Shown: one piece after another, positions 16,120-24,239 of the stretch | How positions within the stretch are numbered: position 1 is the first letter of the stretch | Layout: each line of letters begins with the position of its first letter | DNA from: Microcystis aeruginosa NIES-843 | GTDB taxonomy: Bacteria > Cyanobacteriota > Cyanobacteriia > Cyanobacteriales > Microcystaceae | Assembly: GCF_000010625.1 (NCBI RefSeq) | Contig: NC_010296.1 | Span: 4,320,001-4,352,000 of the forward strand | Direction of reading: 5' to 3' | Length of the DNA stretch: 32,000 bases | Notes under the pieces: model-generated | Databases searched by the model: none | Seen by the model: the letters and a program-made list of their open reading frames with translations, nothing else | What the model was told of the DNA's origin: nothing | Program-made: the position numbers and the translations under genes

Positions 16120-16429
16120 TGAATGCGCCCCACGCCCGTTAAAGCGTGAGCTTGCCGATTACGAGGTATGCACAGTTGTTGAGATGGGATGGTCAGGGAA
16201 AAAGAACGGTGAGTTGCTGAGGCTGATGAGTCAGGAGGGTTTCACGATTCTCCTCACTACAGATCAAAATTTGCGTTATCAGCAAAATTTACAGCAAGCT
16301 GGAGTGGCAGTTATTGTTCTTGTAGCAACCAGCAACAAACTTTCTGACTTACTTCCCCTAATGCCAGATGCCTGTAGCGTATTAGATAAAGTCTCTCCAG
16401 GAGAAGTGATTGAAGTTGGAGGCTCCTGA
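16103..16429 (+). CDS. DUF5615 (PIN-like/Mut7-C-like) toxin-like protein
   Basis: 108 aa opening with MRILLDECAPRPL, then ILLTTDQNLRYQQNL. This is the usual partner of DUF433 genes. Confidence 0.75.
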   Translation: MRILLDECAPRPLKRELADYEVCTVVEMGWSGKKNGELLRLMSQEGFTILLTTDQNLRYQQNLQQAGVAVIVLVATSNKLSDLLPLMPDACSVLDKVSPGEVIEVGGS

Positions 16430-16467
16430 AAGTTGTGTTGGCGAAAGCAGCATAACTCCGCATCCCT

Positions 16468-17082
16468 GGCGATATCTCGATCCCAAATCACGGGAATCTG
16501 CTGTTTAGCGATTAATTCGGCTTCTTCTCGACAAATAGCCCGAATTCCCACGGGTAAGGTCGGTAAACCCATTTCTAACACCCGACGCATCACACAGGCG
16601 TGGTTATGGTGGGAGCCTTCGTACTCAAAACGCATATCGCCATGGGCATCAATTTGAACCACCGTAAAAGGTTCCGATCAAGCCCGTTGGTAAGCTTATA
16701 CTACTCCCGTGGTGATAGCCTGTTCACCCCCGACGGCGACGACAAATTTATCATCGGCAATTAAACGCGAAACTGTAGCTGTGGTGACGGCTAACATCTC
16801 CTCGGCGGACAATTGCGGTTGCTGACGGGTATCGGCGATCGCATCATGGGTATAGATGCCCACTTCTAAACAGGTTTCCCTCTTAAGTTCCTCGTCATAG
16901 GCTTCCAATTGTTGGGAAGCGGTAATCACCGCCGCCGGTCCAGTTTCACAACCCTTGCGATAGGTGGTGGTGGCCTCGTAGGGAATCGGCAGGATCACGG
17001 CCTTAGCTGTGGCGTAAGTGGCGATCGCTTCACTCCCTAAAAATTGTTCGCTACCGGTGGCGCCAGACAATAACATGGGCAA
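16468..17082 (-). pseudogene. Truncated, decayed duplicate of the ureohydrolase gene (5' two-thirds only)
   Basis: The region is collinear with 11513-12157 with only a few percent divergence. It has a premature TAA (Q->stop after ...ITTGVV), GGEH->GGEQ, loss of the MESW ATG, and abrupt loss of homology at 16468. The two ORF-track pieces 16696-17082 and 16279-16662 are its fragments. Confidence 0.85.
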
Positions 17083-17186
17083 GTCACAGAAAATTTTAGT
17101 CCAACCTTCTATTATAAATATTTTGACTATTTTTGTCTATTACAGCCTTTCTCATCAACCGGAACTGACCTCATACATATCTACTA

Positions 17187-17295
17187 ATACTAAATCCGTT
17201 GAGTATAGGCTACATATCAGGAGAGGCACTCATGCAAGAGACACTCATGCAAAAGGGAGAATAAATAATCAGTTTTTAATAACCGGATTTGGTAT
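17187..17295. repeat. Small MITE-like element (109 bp)
   Basis: Same family as 3920-4027. It begins directly after the end of ureohydrolase-upstream homology (17185), separated from it by 1 nt. Confidence 0.6.
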
Positions 17296-17472
17296 AAGTA
17301 GGGAGGCACAATTATTTGTAGGATGGGTTAGCGGTAGCGTAACATGAACCGGCGTTGGGTTTCATGCTTCAACCCAACCTACGTTCATCTTATATTTAAT
17401 TCCACCCACCTACTTATTGAGATAACTGCTGTAACGATAGCTTAACACCCTCTACCACTGTCAACCTAACTT

Positions 17473-18015
17473 CTAATTAGGTTGCTTAGGTTTTTCAAGT
17501 TGCTCTTTAACTAATTCTAAGGGAAGTTTTAACACTCTAGCAATTTGTTCGACGGTTAAGCCTTCTTTCATCAATTCTGTAGCGATTTCGAGTTTAGATT
17601 CTTCAGCAAGATTAGATTTTTGTAATTGATTTTCTGGTAGTTGATTACAGATATGACCTTTATTAATTTGTACGGGATTTATTACATTAAAGTTATGAGA
17701 GACATTATAATAATATCTTCGCAGACTAGACCTAAGATTAGCTTTATTAATTTCTTCTCCTAAAATTTCCGATAAGGTTTTCCATAGCTTACCGGCTACA
17801 TCCTTGACATATTTCTCGGAACGATGATGATTTTTAGCGATTTCTGTGTATTTTTGGTGATTAATCACCCCTTCTAAGATTTCAGACTGAACATCATCTA
17901 AATTTTCTCCTGTATAGGAGAAGATGAGATTATCAACAGTTGTAATTAAAGAGTGAATATCAAAATTGTTCATTGTTAAACACAGAATCCAGATTAATAA
18001 GCTTTTACCTGACAT
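17473..18015 (-). CDS. Hypothetical HTH-like protein, paralog A
   Basis: The N-terminal domain DNLIFSYTGENLDDVQSEILEGVINHQKYTEIAKNHHRSEKYVKDVAGKLWKTLSEILGE resembles the N-terminal module of many cyanobacterial STAND/vWA-MoxR-associated proteins. The C-terminus LTVEQIARVLKLPLELV is HTH-like. The likely real start is MNNFDIHS at 17973. It is ~95% identical to 18974-19513. Confidence 0.6.
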   Translation of the reverse strand: MSGKSLLIWILCLTMNNFDIHSLITTVDNLIFSYTGENLDDVQSEILEGVINHQKYTEIAKNHHRSEKYVKDVAGKLWKTLSEILGEEINKANLRSSLRRYYYNVSHNFNVINPVQINKGHICNQLPENQLQKSNLAEESKLEIATELMKEGLTVEQIARVLKLPLELVKEQLEKPKQPN

Positions 18016-18169
18016 TATATGACATTATCAGTTGTACGGTCAATTTAATATTATTTTTAGATTTAAGTTATTTTTCTTAATACTGCTTTATATAGCTTTA
18101 AAACGCTCTCATTCCCTCGAAAAAGAACCCAGTAACGTCGGTTAAATTGCCTTTTTTATATAACTCATT

Positions 18170-18196
18170 CCCCCTTAATTGAATAAGTTGAGGGGG
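18170..18196 (+). terminator. Conserved hairpin, copy H1 (CCCCCTTAA-loop-TTGAGGGGG followed by a T-rich run)
   Basis: The hairpin cccccttaattgaataagttgaggggg is followed by attttta. It is preceded by an orphan PEP-CTERM 3' tail fragment (18100-18150). Confidence 0.5.
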
Positions 18197-18207
18197 ATTT
18201 TTATAGA

Positions 18208-18557
18208 TTAATTTTCGGCTTCATTTTCTAAAATTTCCTGTAATTGTGAACGCAATGGAGTTAGATTATTTTCAATCGTCCGCCAAGCAATTGCCAATTC
18301 TACCCGAAAATATTCATGAAAAATGACATTTCGCATATCTCCCATTAAACGCCAAGGAATTTGAGAATAACGCAATTGTACCTCACTAGGAATATTTCTA
18401 GAGCCTCACCAATAATTCCTAAATTATAAAGAACTGCTTTAAGAGTCACTCGATTTGAGCTAAAATCTTCAAAGGTCATATTAGCCGTCCATTCCAAGAT
18501 TTCATCAATGGATTCAATAATATCTTGAAGACGAAGTTGCCAATCTCTAAAAGGCAT
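18208..18557 (-). pseudogene. HepN (DUF86) toxin gene, frameshifted
   Basis: The N-terminal 70 aa are in one frame. The conserved remainder, (S)RNIPSEVQLRYSQIPWRLMGDMRNVIFHEYFRVELAIAWRTIENNL...AEN*, continues in another frame to the stop at 18208. The shift lies near 18395-18410 (gaggct/ctagaaat). Confidence 0.75.
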
Positions 18558-18837
18558 TAATCACATCCTTTAATACAGGTTGTCGTAAATGTTCTTTTAA
18601 AGAATCTTGAGTACCTAAATCAACAGAACATCCTAATATATCTTCTAAGTAAAGTCGTACCTCGATAAACTCAAATAACCCTACCGCTTTACTAAATTCT
18701 ACCAATAAATCTACATCACTGTCAAAACGTGCTTCATCCCTTGCTACTGAACCAAATAGAGACAGAGATTTTACCCCTAGTTTTTCTAATTGTTCTCGGT
18801 GTTTCGCGAGAATTGTTAGTACCTCATCTCGTTTCAT
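18547..18837 (-). CDS. MNT-type nucleotidyltransferase antitoxin
   Basis: 96 aa with LFGSVARDEARFDSDVDLLV (the GS-x-D-x-D motif). It overlaps the HepN start by 11 nt. Confidence 0.85.
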   Translation of the reverse strand: MKRDEVLTILAKHREQLEKLGVKSLSLFGSVARDEARFDSDVDLLVEFSKAVGLFEFIEVRLYLEDILGCSVDLGTQDSLKEHLRQPVLKDVINAF

Positions 18838-18973
18838 GGCTATTTCCTGAAATCTGATTCCTTCATTGTAACCTTAATGGTTGTCTCGTTGATATTGGCT
18901 CTCATGATGAAGTTTATTAAAATAGAAATTATTATTGAACTTAGAAATGCTCTGCCAGTGCCAAATACCACCA

Positions 18974-19513
18974 TTAATTAGGTTGCTTAGGTTTTTCAAG
19001 TTGCTCTTTAACTAATTCTAAGGGAAGTTTTAACACTCTAGCAATTTGTTCGACGGTTAAGCCTTCTTTCCTCAATTCTGTGGCGATTTCGAGTTTATAT
19101 TCTTCAGCAAGATTAGATTTTTGTAACTGATTTTCTGGTAGTTGATTACAGATATGACCTTTATTAATTTGGACACCGTTAACGACATTATTGTTAGCGA
19201 CATTATAATAATATCTTCGCAGACTAGACCTAAGATTAGCTTTATTAACTTCTTCTCCTAGAATTTCCGATAAGGTTTTCCATAGCTTACCGGCTACATC
19301 CTTGACATATTTCTCGGAACGATGATGACTTTTAGCGATTTCTGTGTATTTTTGGTGATTAATCACCCCTTCTACGATTTCAGACTGAACATCATCTAAA
19401 TTCTCTCCTGTATAGGAGAAGATGAGATTATCAACAGTTGTAATTAAAGAGTGAATATCAAAATTGTTCATTGTTAAACACAGAATCAAGATTAATAAGC
19501 TTTTACCTGACAT
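18974..19513 (-). CDS. Hypothetical HTH-like protein, paralog B
   Basis: 179 aa, near-identical to 17473-18015 apart from a short central indel and substitution patch (ANNNVVNGV versus SHNFNVINPV). Confidence 0.6.
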   Translation of the reverse strand: MSGKSLLILILCLTMNNFDIHSLITTVDNLIFSYTGENLDDVQSEIVEGVINHQKYTEIAKSHHRSEKYVKDVAGKLWKTLSEILGEEVNKANLRSSLRRYYYNVANNNVVNGVQINKGHICNQLPENQLQKSNLAEEYKLEIATELRKEGLTVEQIARVLKLPLELVKEQLEKPKQPN

Positions 19514-19678
19514 TATATGACATTATCAGGTGTACGGTCAATTTAATATTATTTTTAGATTTAAGTTATTTGTCTTAATACTGCTTTATATAGCTTTATA
19601 TAACTTTAAAAGCCTTGACAGAAAAGTTTTGGATGTTTATTTTATGAGTAAAGTTTATCTCGGTTTAATTTGTTTAAC

Positions 19679-20530
19679 ATGGCTATCTCTAAAGTGAAGA
19701 AAAGATCGATAAATCGGCGAGTTGCAACAGTTTCAGCGTATACAGTTTTGCTTATAGGGATAACTACAGTCCCTAGTTATGCTTTAACCCTAATTGGGAA
19801 CAATGACCAACTAGCTTTGTATGGAAAGCTTAGAGAAAATTTTACTACACTCACAGGCACTACTTCCAGTGTACTTGTAAATCTCGGAAACGGACTAGAG
19901 GAGACAGGTGAAATAAGCTTTGCACTTGACCCAAGTGGTAATAGTTATTTTGATTACGATTTTGACGCAGGGACAGCAAGTGCCTATTTAGAATTATTAG
20001 CAACATTTCCATTGCAACAGTCAATAGGTGCAGACCCAATAAAAATAGTTATCAGTGAATCGGGAAATATTACAGAAACTCTAGAGGTTTCAACTGTTTT
20101 AGGGGATGTTGTTTGGGAAGCTTATTTTAATGGAACTATAACCCAACCTGGAGGAACGCCTCAATCAACAAATGGAAGATTAGATGCCACCTCACCTCAA
20201 ACTATTACAACACCGATCTTAACCGTGAGTAGTCGTACTATTCTTTTTGGTGGTGGTACAGTTTTAAGTGGTCCGTTTGCCGGAGTAAAATTTTTCAACA
20301 GCAATTTTTGGTTTCAAAAGAACACTAATACTAATGAAACTAACACTTGTAATTTGATCATTAGACCTAAACTGCTTCAGAACAATGTAATACCAGACTG
20401 TCAGGCAATCCCCGAACCCACCTCAACCCTAAGTCTCCTTTCCCTGGGAATACTTGGTGCAGGTGCAACCTTAAAACGCAAAGTAAAACGCTCTCATTCA
20501 ACCGAAAAAGAACCCAGTAACGTCGGTTAA
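19679..20530 (+). CDS. PEP-CTERM sorting-domain protein
   Basis: It has an N-terminal signal-like segment and the C-terminal motif IPEPTSTLSLLSLGILGAGATLKRKVKR (PEP, then a TM helix, then a basic tail). The ORF track starts at the TTG at 19670; I prefer the ATG at 19679. Confidence 0.8.
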   Translation: MAISKVKKRSINRRVATVSAYTVLLIGITTVPSYALTLIGNNDQLALYGKLRENFTTLTGTTSSVLVNLGNGLEETGEISFALDPSGNSYFDYDFDAGTASAYLELLATFPLQQSIGADPIKIVISESGNITETLEVSTVLGDVVWEAYFNGTITQPGGTPQSTNGRLDATSPQTITTPILTVSSRTILFGGGTVLSGPFAGVKFFNSNFWFQKNTNTNETNTCNLIIRPKLLQNNVIPDCQAIPEPTSTLSLLSLGILGAGATLKRKVKRSHSTEKEPSNVG

Positions 20531-20554
20531 ATTGCCTTTTTTATATAACTCATT

Positions 20555-20583
20555 CTCCCTTAATTTTAGACCAGTTGAGGGGG
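20555..20583 (+). terminator. Conserved hairpin, copy H2
   Basis: ctcccttaattttagaccagttgaggggg is followed by attttta, ~25 nt after the PEP-CTERM stop. Confidence 0.55.
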
Positions 20584-20699
20584 ATTTTTATGCTCTTACT
20601 TCTCCCTCTTGTATTTTTAACTGAATATTTGCTATAATAAACAAAGGGTAAGCATAAATCATCTTCAAGCGATAGAAACTATTATTGAGGAACGACAAA

Positions 20700-20963
20700 A
20701 TGAACTTAGAAATGCTTGGACAAAACACTTCTCAAGCTGAAGTAACTCATATTTCTTTCCATGGAATATGGATTCTGGCAAACAATGAAGAAATGTTTAT
20801 TTCTTATCAAGATTTTCCCTAGTTTCAAGATGTCCCTATTAGAAAAATTTTAAATATACAAGAGCCTTTTCCTAATCATTTTTATTGGCCAGATTTAGAT
20901 GTAGATTTAAGCAAAGAAATTATTAAAAATCCTGAGAGATTTCCTTTAAAAGCTAAAGCCTAG
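20700..20963 (+). pseudogene. DUF2442-family gene with in-frame amber codon
   Basis: The translation is MNLEMLGQNTSQAEVTHISFHGIWILANNEEMFISYQDFP*FQDVPIRKILNIQEPFPNHFYWPDLDVDLSKEIIKNPERFPLKAKA. The TAG at 20820-20822 occupies the position of the conserved Trp (FPWF). An upstream DUF4160-like C-terminal remnant (…LQAIETIIEERQNELRNAW) overlaps the start. Confidence 0.7.
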
Positions 20964-21014
20964 TTTTTATCCTTAATTAAGTGCGATGCCGAAGGCACTG
21001 CGTAGCAGCACGCT

Positions 21015-21143
21015 GATCTTGTAGGGTGCGTTCCCTAAGGCAACTTCTACCGCTCCAGCGATCGATTTTTGGGGAACGCACCATGCACATTGATTATTGC
21101 GATCGCCGATCTTGTAGGGTGCGTTAATGAAATGTAACGCACC
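21015..21143. repeat. REP-like hairpin element plus a second short hairpin
   Basis: 21015-21094 is near-identical to 15508-15582. 21108-21143 repeats gatcttgtagggtgcgtt and forms a perfect 9-bp stem, ggtgcgtta...taacgcacc. Confidence 0.55.
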
Positions 21144-21191
21144 TTATTTTTATTGGTTGTCCTTCTGTATCCCATAGGATACACTTAAGGC

Positions 21192-21482
21192 ATGATTGAA
21201 ATTCGCCAGACCGAAACCTACTCTCAGTGGTTTAGCAATTTGCGGGATCACCAAGCAAAAGCACGTATAGACATTCGTGTTCGTCGCCTGTCTATGGGCA
21301 ATCCAGGCGATGTTAAACCAGTAGGAAAAGGTGTATCGGAACTGCGGATCGATTATGGCCCAGGCTATCGGGTGTATTTCATTCAGCGAGGCGAGACCTT
21401 GATCATCCTCTTGGCAGGAGGAGATAAGCAAACTCAAGAACGGGACATCAAAACAGCATTAAATTTAGCACAAGACTTATAG
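21192..21482 (+). CDS. RelE/ParE-superfamily addiction-module killer protein (HigB-like)
   Basis: 96 aa. The pattern MIEIRQTETYSQWFSNLRD..AKARIDIRVRRLSMGNPGDVKPVGKGVSELRIDYGPGYRVYF...ILLAGGDKQTQERDI is typical of this family. Confidence 0.85.
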   Translation: MIEIRQTETYSQWFSNLRDHQAKARIDIRVRRLSMGNPGDVKPVGKGVSELRIDYGPGYRVYFIQRGETLIILLAGGDKQTQERDIKTALNLAQDL

Positions 21483-21491
21483 GAGATTTTC

Positions 21492-21782
21492 ATGGCTACT
21501 ATCCAAACCTATCCTTGGGATGCGGCAGAACATCTCGAAACAAAAGAAGATATAGCTGCATATCTTGAAGCAGCTCTTGAAGATGGCGATCCAAGCTTAG
21601 TGGTAGCAGCATTAGGTGATATTGCTCGATCTAAAGGGATGACACATATTGCCCGTGAAACAGGGTTGGGGCGTGAAAGTCTCTATAAAGCTTTGTCAAT
21701 CGAAGGCAATCCAGAGTTTGCCACAGTTCTTAAGGTCTTACAATCACTTGGGTTACGCCTCCAAGTCGTACCAATTGCCTAA
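21492..21782 (+). CDS. Addiction-module antidote protein (HigA-like HTH)
   Basis: 96 aa. The pattern PWDAAEHLETKEDIAAYLEAALEDGDP...IARSKGMTHIARETGLGRESLYKALS..GNPEFATVLKVLQSLGLRL is characteristic. It starts 9 nt after the toxin gene. Confidence 0.85.
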   Translation: MATIQTYPWDAAEHLETKEDIAAYLEAALEDGDPSLVVAALGDIARSKGMTHIARETGLGRESLYKALSIEGNPEFATVLKVLQSLGLRLQVVPIA

Positions 21783-22071
21783 CTTCACCGTTATACTGAA
21801 TCGGTTTTTAATAGCATGATTAACTCCCAATCCCACTGGAAAAACCCGCTCCCTTTTCCCCACTTTCCACTCCCCCATACCTGTTAAACGGGATTTAGGA
21901 TCAGAGCGATCGCTAGATAAAAGGTTAAGTAATGTTAAGATCATAATTCTTCATGAAGAAAGCGCATGATCGCCGAGTAACTGTAGTCAAAAATACCAAA
22001 TTTTGCCCCAGTCACAATAAAGTAGGGATCAAGCGCATTCGATCGAAGCAAGAATTTTCTCCCCAGTATCT

Positions 22072-22872
22072 ATGAATCAATCAGAAAGTTGCGGTAAGGT
22101 CTATCTCGTTGGTGCGGGTCCCGGAGATCCCGGTTTGTTGACCTTAAAAGCGAAAGTTCTCCTAGAAAATGCCGATGTTGTCCTCTATGATGCCCTAGTT
22201 AGCCCCTCGATTCTAGCCATGATTAACCCCCGGGCCGAACAAATCCATGCGGGTAAGCGTCGCGGTCGTCATTCTCTGGTACAGGAGGAAATCACCGCTT
22301 TACTGATCGATAAGGCCCGGACTAATGCCGTGGTTGTTCGTCTCAAAGGGGGCGATCCCTTTGTTTTCGGTCGCGGGGGTGAAGAAATGCTCGATCTGAT
22401 CGCGGCTGGAATTAGCGTCGAGATCGTGCCGGGGATCACTTCAGGAATTGCCGTGCCTGCCTACGCCGGTATTCCCCTCACCCATCGCGATTATAGTTCT
22501 TCCGTTACCTTCGTCACCGGCCACGAGATGGCGGGTAAATATCGTCCTCAAGTTAACTGGTCAGCGATCGCCCATGGTGCGGAAACAATTGTCGTTTACA
22601 TGGGTGTGCATAATTTACCCTATATTATCGGCGAGTTAACCAAGGCTGGCAGAAGTCCAGAAACACCGATCGCCCTGATTCGCTGGGGAACAACACCGCA
22701 GCAACAGCAGTTAATCGGTACTTTCACTACGATTATGGACCAGATCGAAGCCACCGGCTTTGAGTCCCCAGCGATCGCTGTTATCGGGGCAGTGGTGAAC
22801 CTTCATGATCTCTTACAAGCGGGACAACCTTTGCTATCCAGGACAATCCCCCCTACACCCATTTCTCCCTGA
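22072..22872 (+). CDS. cobA: Uroporphyrinogen-III C-methyltransferase
   Basis: 266 aa with VYLVGAGPGDPGLLTLKA, VVLYDALV, VVRLKGGDPFVFGRGGEE and VPGITS motifs. Confidence 0.9.
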   Translation: MNQSESCGKVYLVGAGPGDPGLLTLKAKVLLENADVVLYDALVSPSILAMINPRAEQIHAGKRRGRHSLVQEEITALLIDKARTNAVVVRLKGGDPFVFGRGGEEMLDLIAAGISVEIVPGITSGIAVPAYAGIPLTHRDYSSSVTFVTGHEMAGKYRPQVNWSAIAHGAETIVVYMGVHNLPYIIGELTKAGRSPETPIALIRWGTTPQQQQLIGTFTTIMDQIEATGFESPAIAVIGAVVNLHDLLQAGQPLLSRTIPPTPISP

Positions 22873-22882
22873 TTCGGTTCCC

Positions 22883-23302
22883 ATGCGTCAATATCAAAAA
22901 TCCCTGACGATTACCACCAGTCCCAAGAATTTCCATCGTCTGACTGCCCCCATAGAAGCGATCGTGGCTGAATCGGGCATAACGACGGGATTATGCAGTA
23001 TATTTGTCTGTCACACCTCCGCTTCTTTGCTGATCCAAGAAAATGCCGATCCCGATGTTCTCACCGATTTGGCCAATTTCTTCGCCAAGTTAGTGCCGGA
23101 AGATAGCAGTCTCTACTATCACTCTACCGAAGGGCCAGACGATATGCCCGCTCACATTCGCTCGGTGCTAACCCGGACATCGGAACAAATCCCGATCGCT
23201 AGGGGTAAATTAGTTTTAGGCATCTGGCAAGGTATCTATCTCTGGGAACACCGTCAGAGTCGTCACCAAAGACAAGTGGTGGTTCATATCACCGGGGTCT
23301 GA
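22883..23302 (+). CDS. YjbQ/UPF0047 family protein (secondary thiamine-phosphate synthase-like)
   Basis: MRQYQKSLTITTS..., CSIFVCHTSASLLIQENADPDV, DDMPAHIRS and GIWQGIYLWEHR are typical of the family. The start is set at the ATG at 22883 to avoid a 68-nt overlap with cobA; it is in frame with the ORF-track start at 22805. Confidence 0.8.
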   Translation: MRQYQKSLTITTSPKNFHRLTAPIEAIVAESGITTGLCSIFVCHTSASLLIQENADPDVLTDLANFFAKLVPEDSSLYYHSTEGPDDMPAHIRSVLTRTSEQIPIARGKLVLGIWQGIYLWEHRQSRHQRQVVVHITGV

Positions 23303-23434
23303 AGCTTTGCGTATAGTTTTGTAATAGAAACTTTACTCGTATCCCTCATCGGAGTAAGATTTTTTCCGTGTACGATCAAATTGTTCGCTTTTTGAACAAA
23401 GAACTTCATATTTCGTAACAAAAGGAAACAATTT

Positions 23435-23929
23435 ATGCGAAAATTGTTCGCTCTGGCCCTGGTGCTATCTCTCTGGTTCACCTTTGCCGCTCCAGCGTCG
23501 GCTGATTTGTCTAATCTGACCCCTTGTAGCGAAAATCCCGCTTTCCTACAAAAAGCGAAGAGTTTCCGCAACACCACTCCTGACCCCGAATCGGGAGCCA
23601 AACGCGCTCAAACCTACTCCCAAGCTCTCTGTGGACCTGAAGGCTATCCTCACCTAATTGTTGATGGTCGTTGGGATCACATGGGCGATTTCTTTATCCC
23701 TAGCATCCTATTCCTGTACATTACCGGTTGGATCGGTTGGGTTGGTCGGGCCTATTTAATCGCCGTGCGCGACAGCAAAGATGCCGAAATGAAGGAAATC
23801 ATCATCGATGTTCCCCTCGCTCTCAGCAAAATGTTAACGGGTTTTCTCTGGCCCTTGGCGGCTTTACAAGAAGCCACTTCCGGTAAATTAACCGTTAAGG
23901 ATTCGGAAATTACCGTTTCCCCTCGTTAA
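23435..23929 (+). CDS. psaF: Photosystem I reaction centre subunit III
   Basis: 164 aa with a signal peptide, then [25 protein letters not shown]...[22 protein letters not shown]...[11 protein letters not shown]. This is a strong PsaF match. Confidence 0.95.
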   Translation: MRKLFALALVLSLWFTFAAPASADLSNLTPCSENPAFLQKAKSFRNTTPDPESGAKRAQTYSQALCGPEGYPHLIVDGRWDHMGDFFIPSILFLYITGWIGWVGRAYLIAVRDSKDAEMKEIIIDVPLALSKMLTGFLWPLAALQEATSGKLTVKDSEITVSPR

Positions 23930-23974
23930 TTTTTGTGTCAAACCCTTGACTTTTTATTCCCTAGGAGAACTCAG

Positions 23975-24103
23975 ATGGAAGGACTTACTAAATTTCTCTC
24001 GTCCGCACCCGTGTTAATTATGGCGCTGCTGACTTTCACCGCCGGGATTTTAATCGAATTTAATCGCTTTTATCCCGATCTCTTATTCCACCCGCTAGGT
24101 TAA
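23975..24103 (+). CDS. psaJ: Photosystem I reaction centre subunit IX
   Basis: A 42-aa ORF absent from the ORF track: [42 protein letters not shown]. This is the canonical PsaJ sequence, in the canonical position after psaF, with GGAG upstream. Confidence 0.9.
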   Translation: MEGLTKFLSSAPVLIMALLTFTAGILIEFNRFYPDLLFHPLG

Positions 24104-24124
24104 AGGCAATCTCAGGTGATTAAA

Positions 24125-24154
24125 GGGGATACAGAGTCCACTGTATCCCTTTTT
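24125..24154 (+). terminator. Rho-independent terminator of psaF-psaJ
   Basis: The stem is GGGATACAG / CTGTATCCC with loop AGTCCA, followed by TTTTT. Confidence 0.7.
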
Positions 24155-24239
24155 AAGGGCAACGATCGGAGGGACTGGGGGAATATTAAGAAAAGAAAGG
24201 CACTGGAGACGACAGGCTCTAAAAATCGATAAGATACAG

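Noticed and set aside
16279-16662. 127-aa ORF read as one protein
   Set aside because: It is a chimera. The N-terminal half is the ureohydrolase pseudogene fragment, and the rest is antisense read-through into the DUF5615 gene beyond the homology breakpoint at 16468.
17018-17347. ORF 17018-17347 (+, 109 aa)
   Set aside because: It is antisense to the pseudogene start and runs through a MITE copy. No coding signal.
21150-21437. ORF 21150-21437 (-)
   Set aside because: It is antisense to the strongly supported HigB-like toxin gene.
23284-23601. ORF 23284-23601 (-)
   Set aside because: It is antisense across the yjbQ end and the psaF start, so it is a shadow frame.
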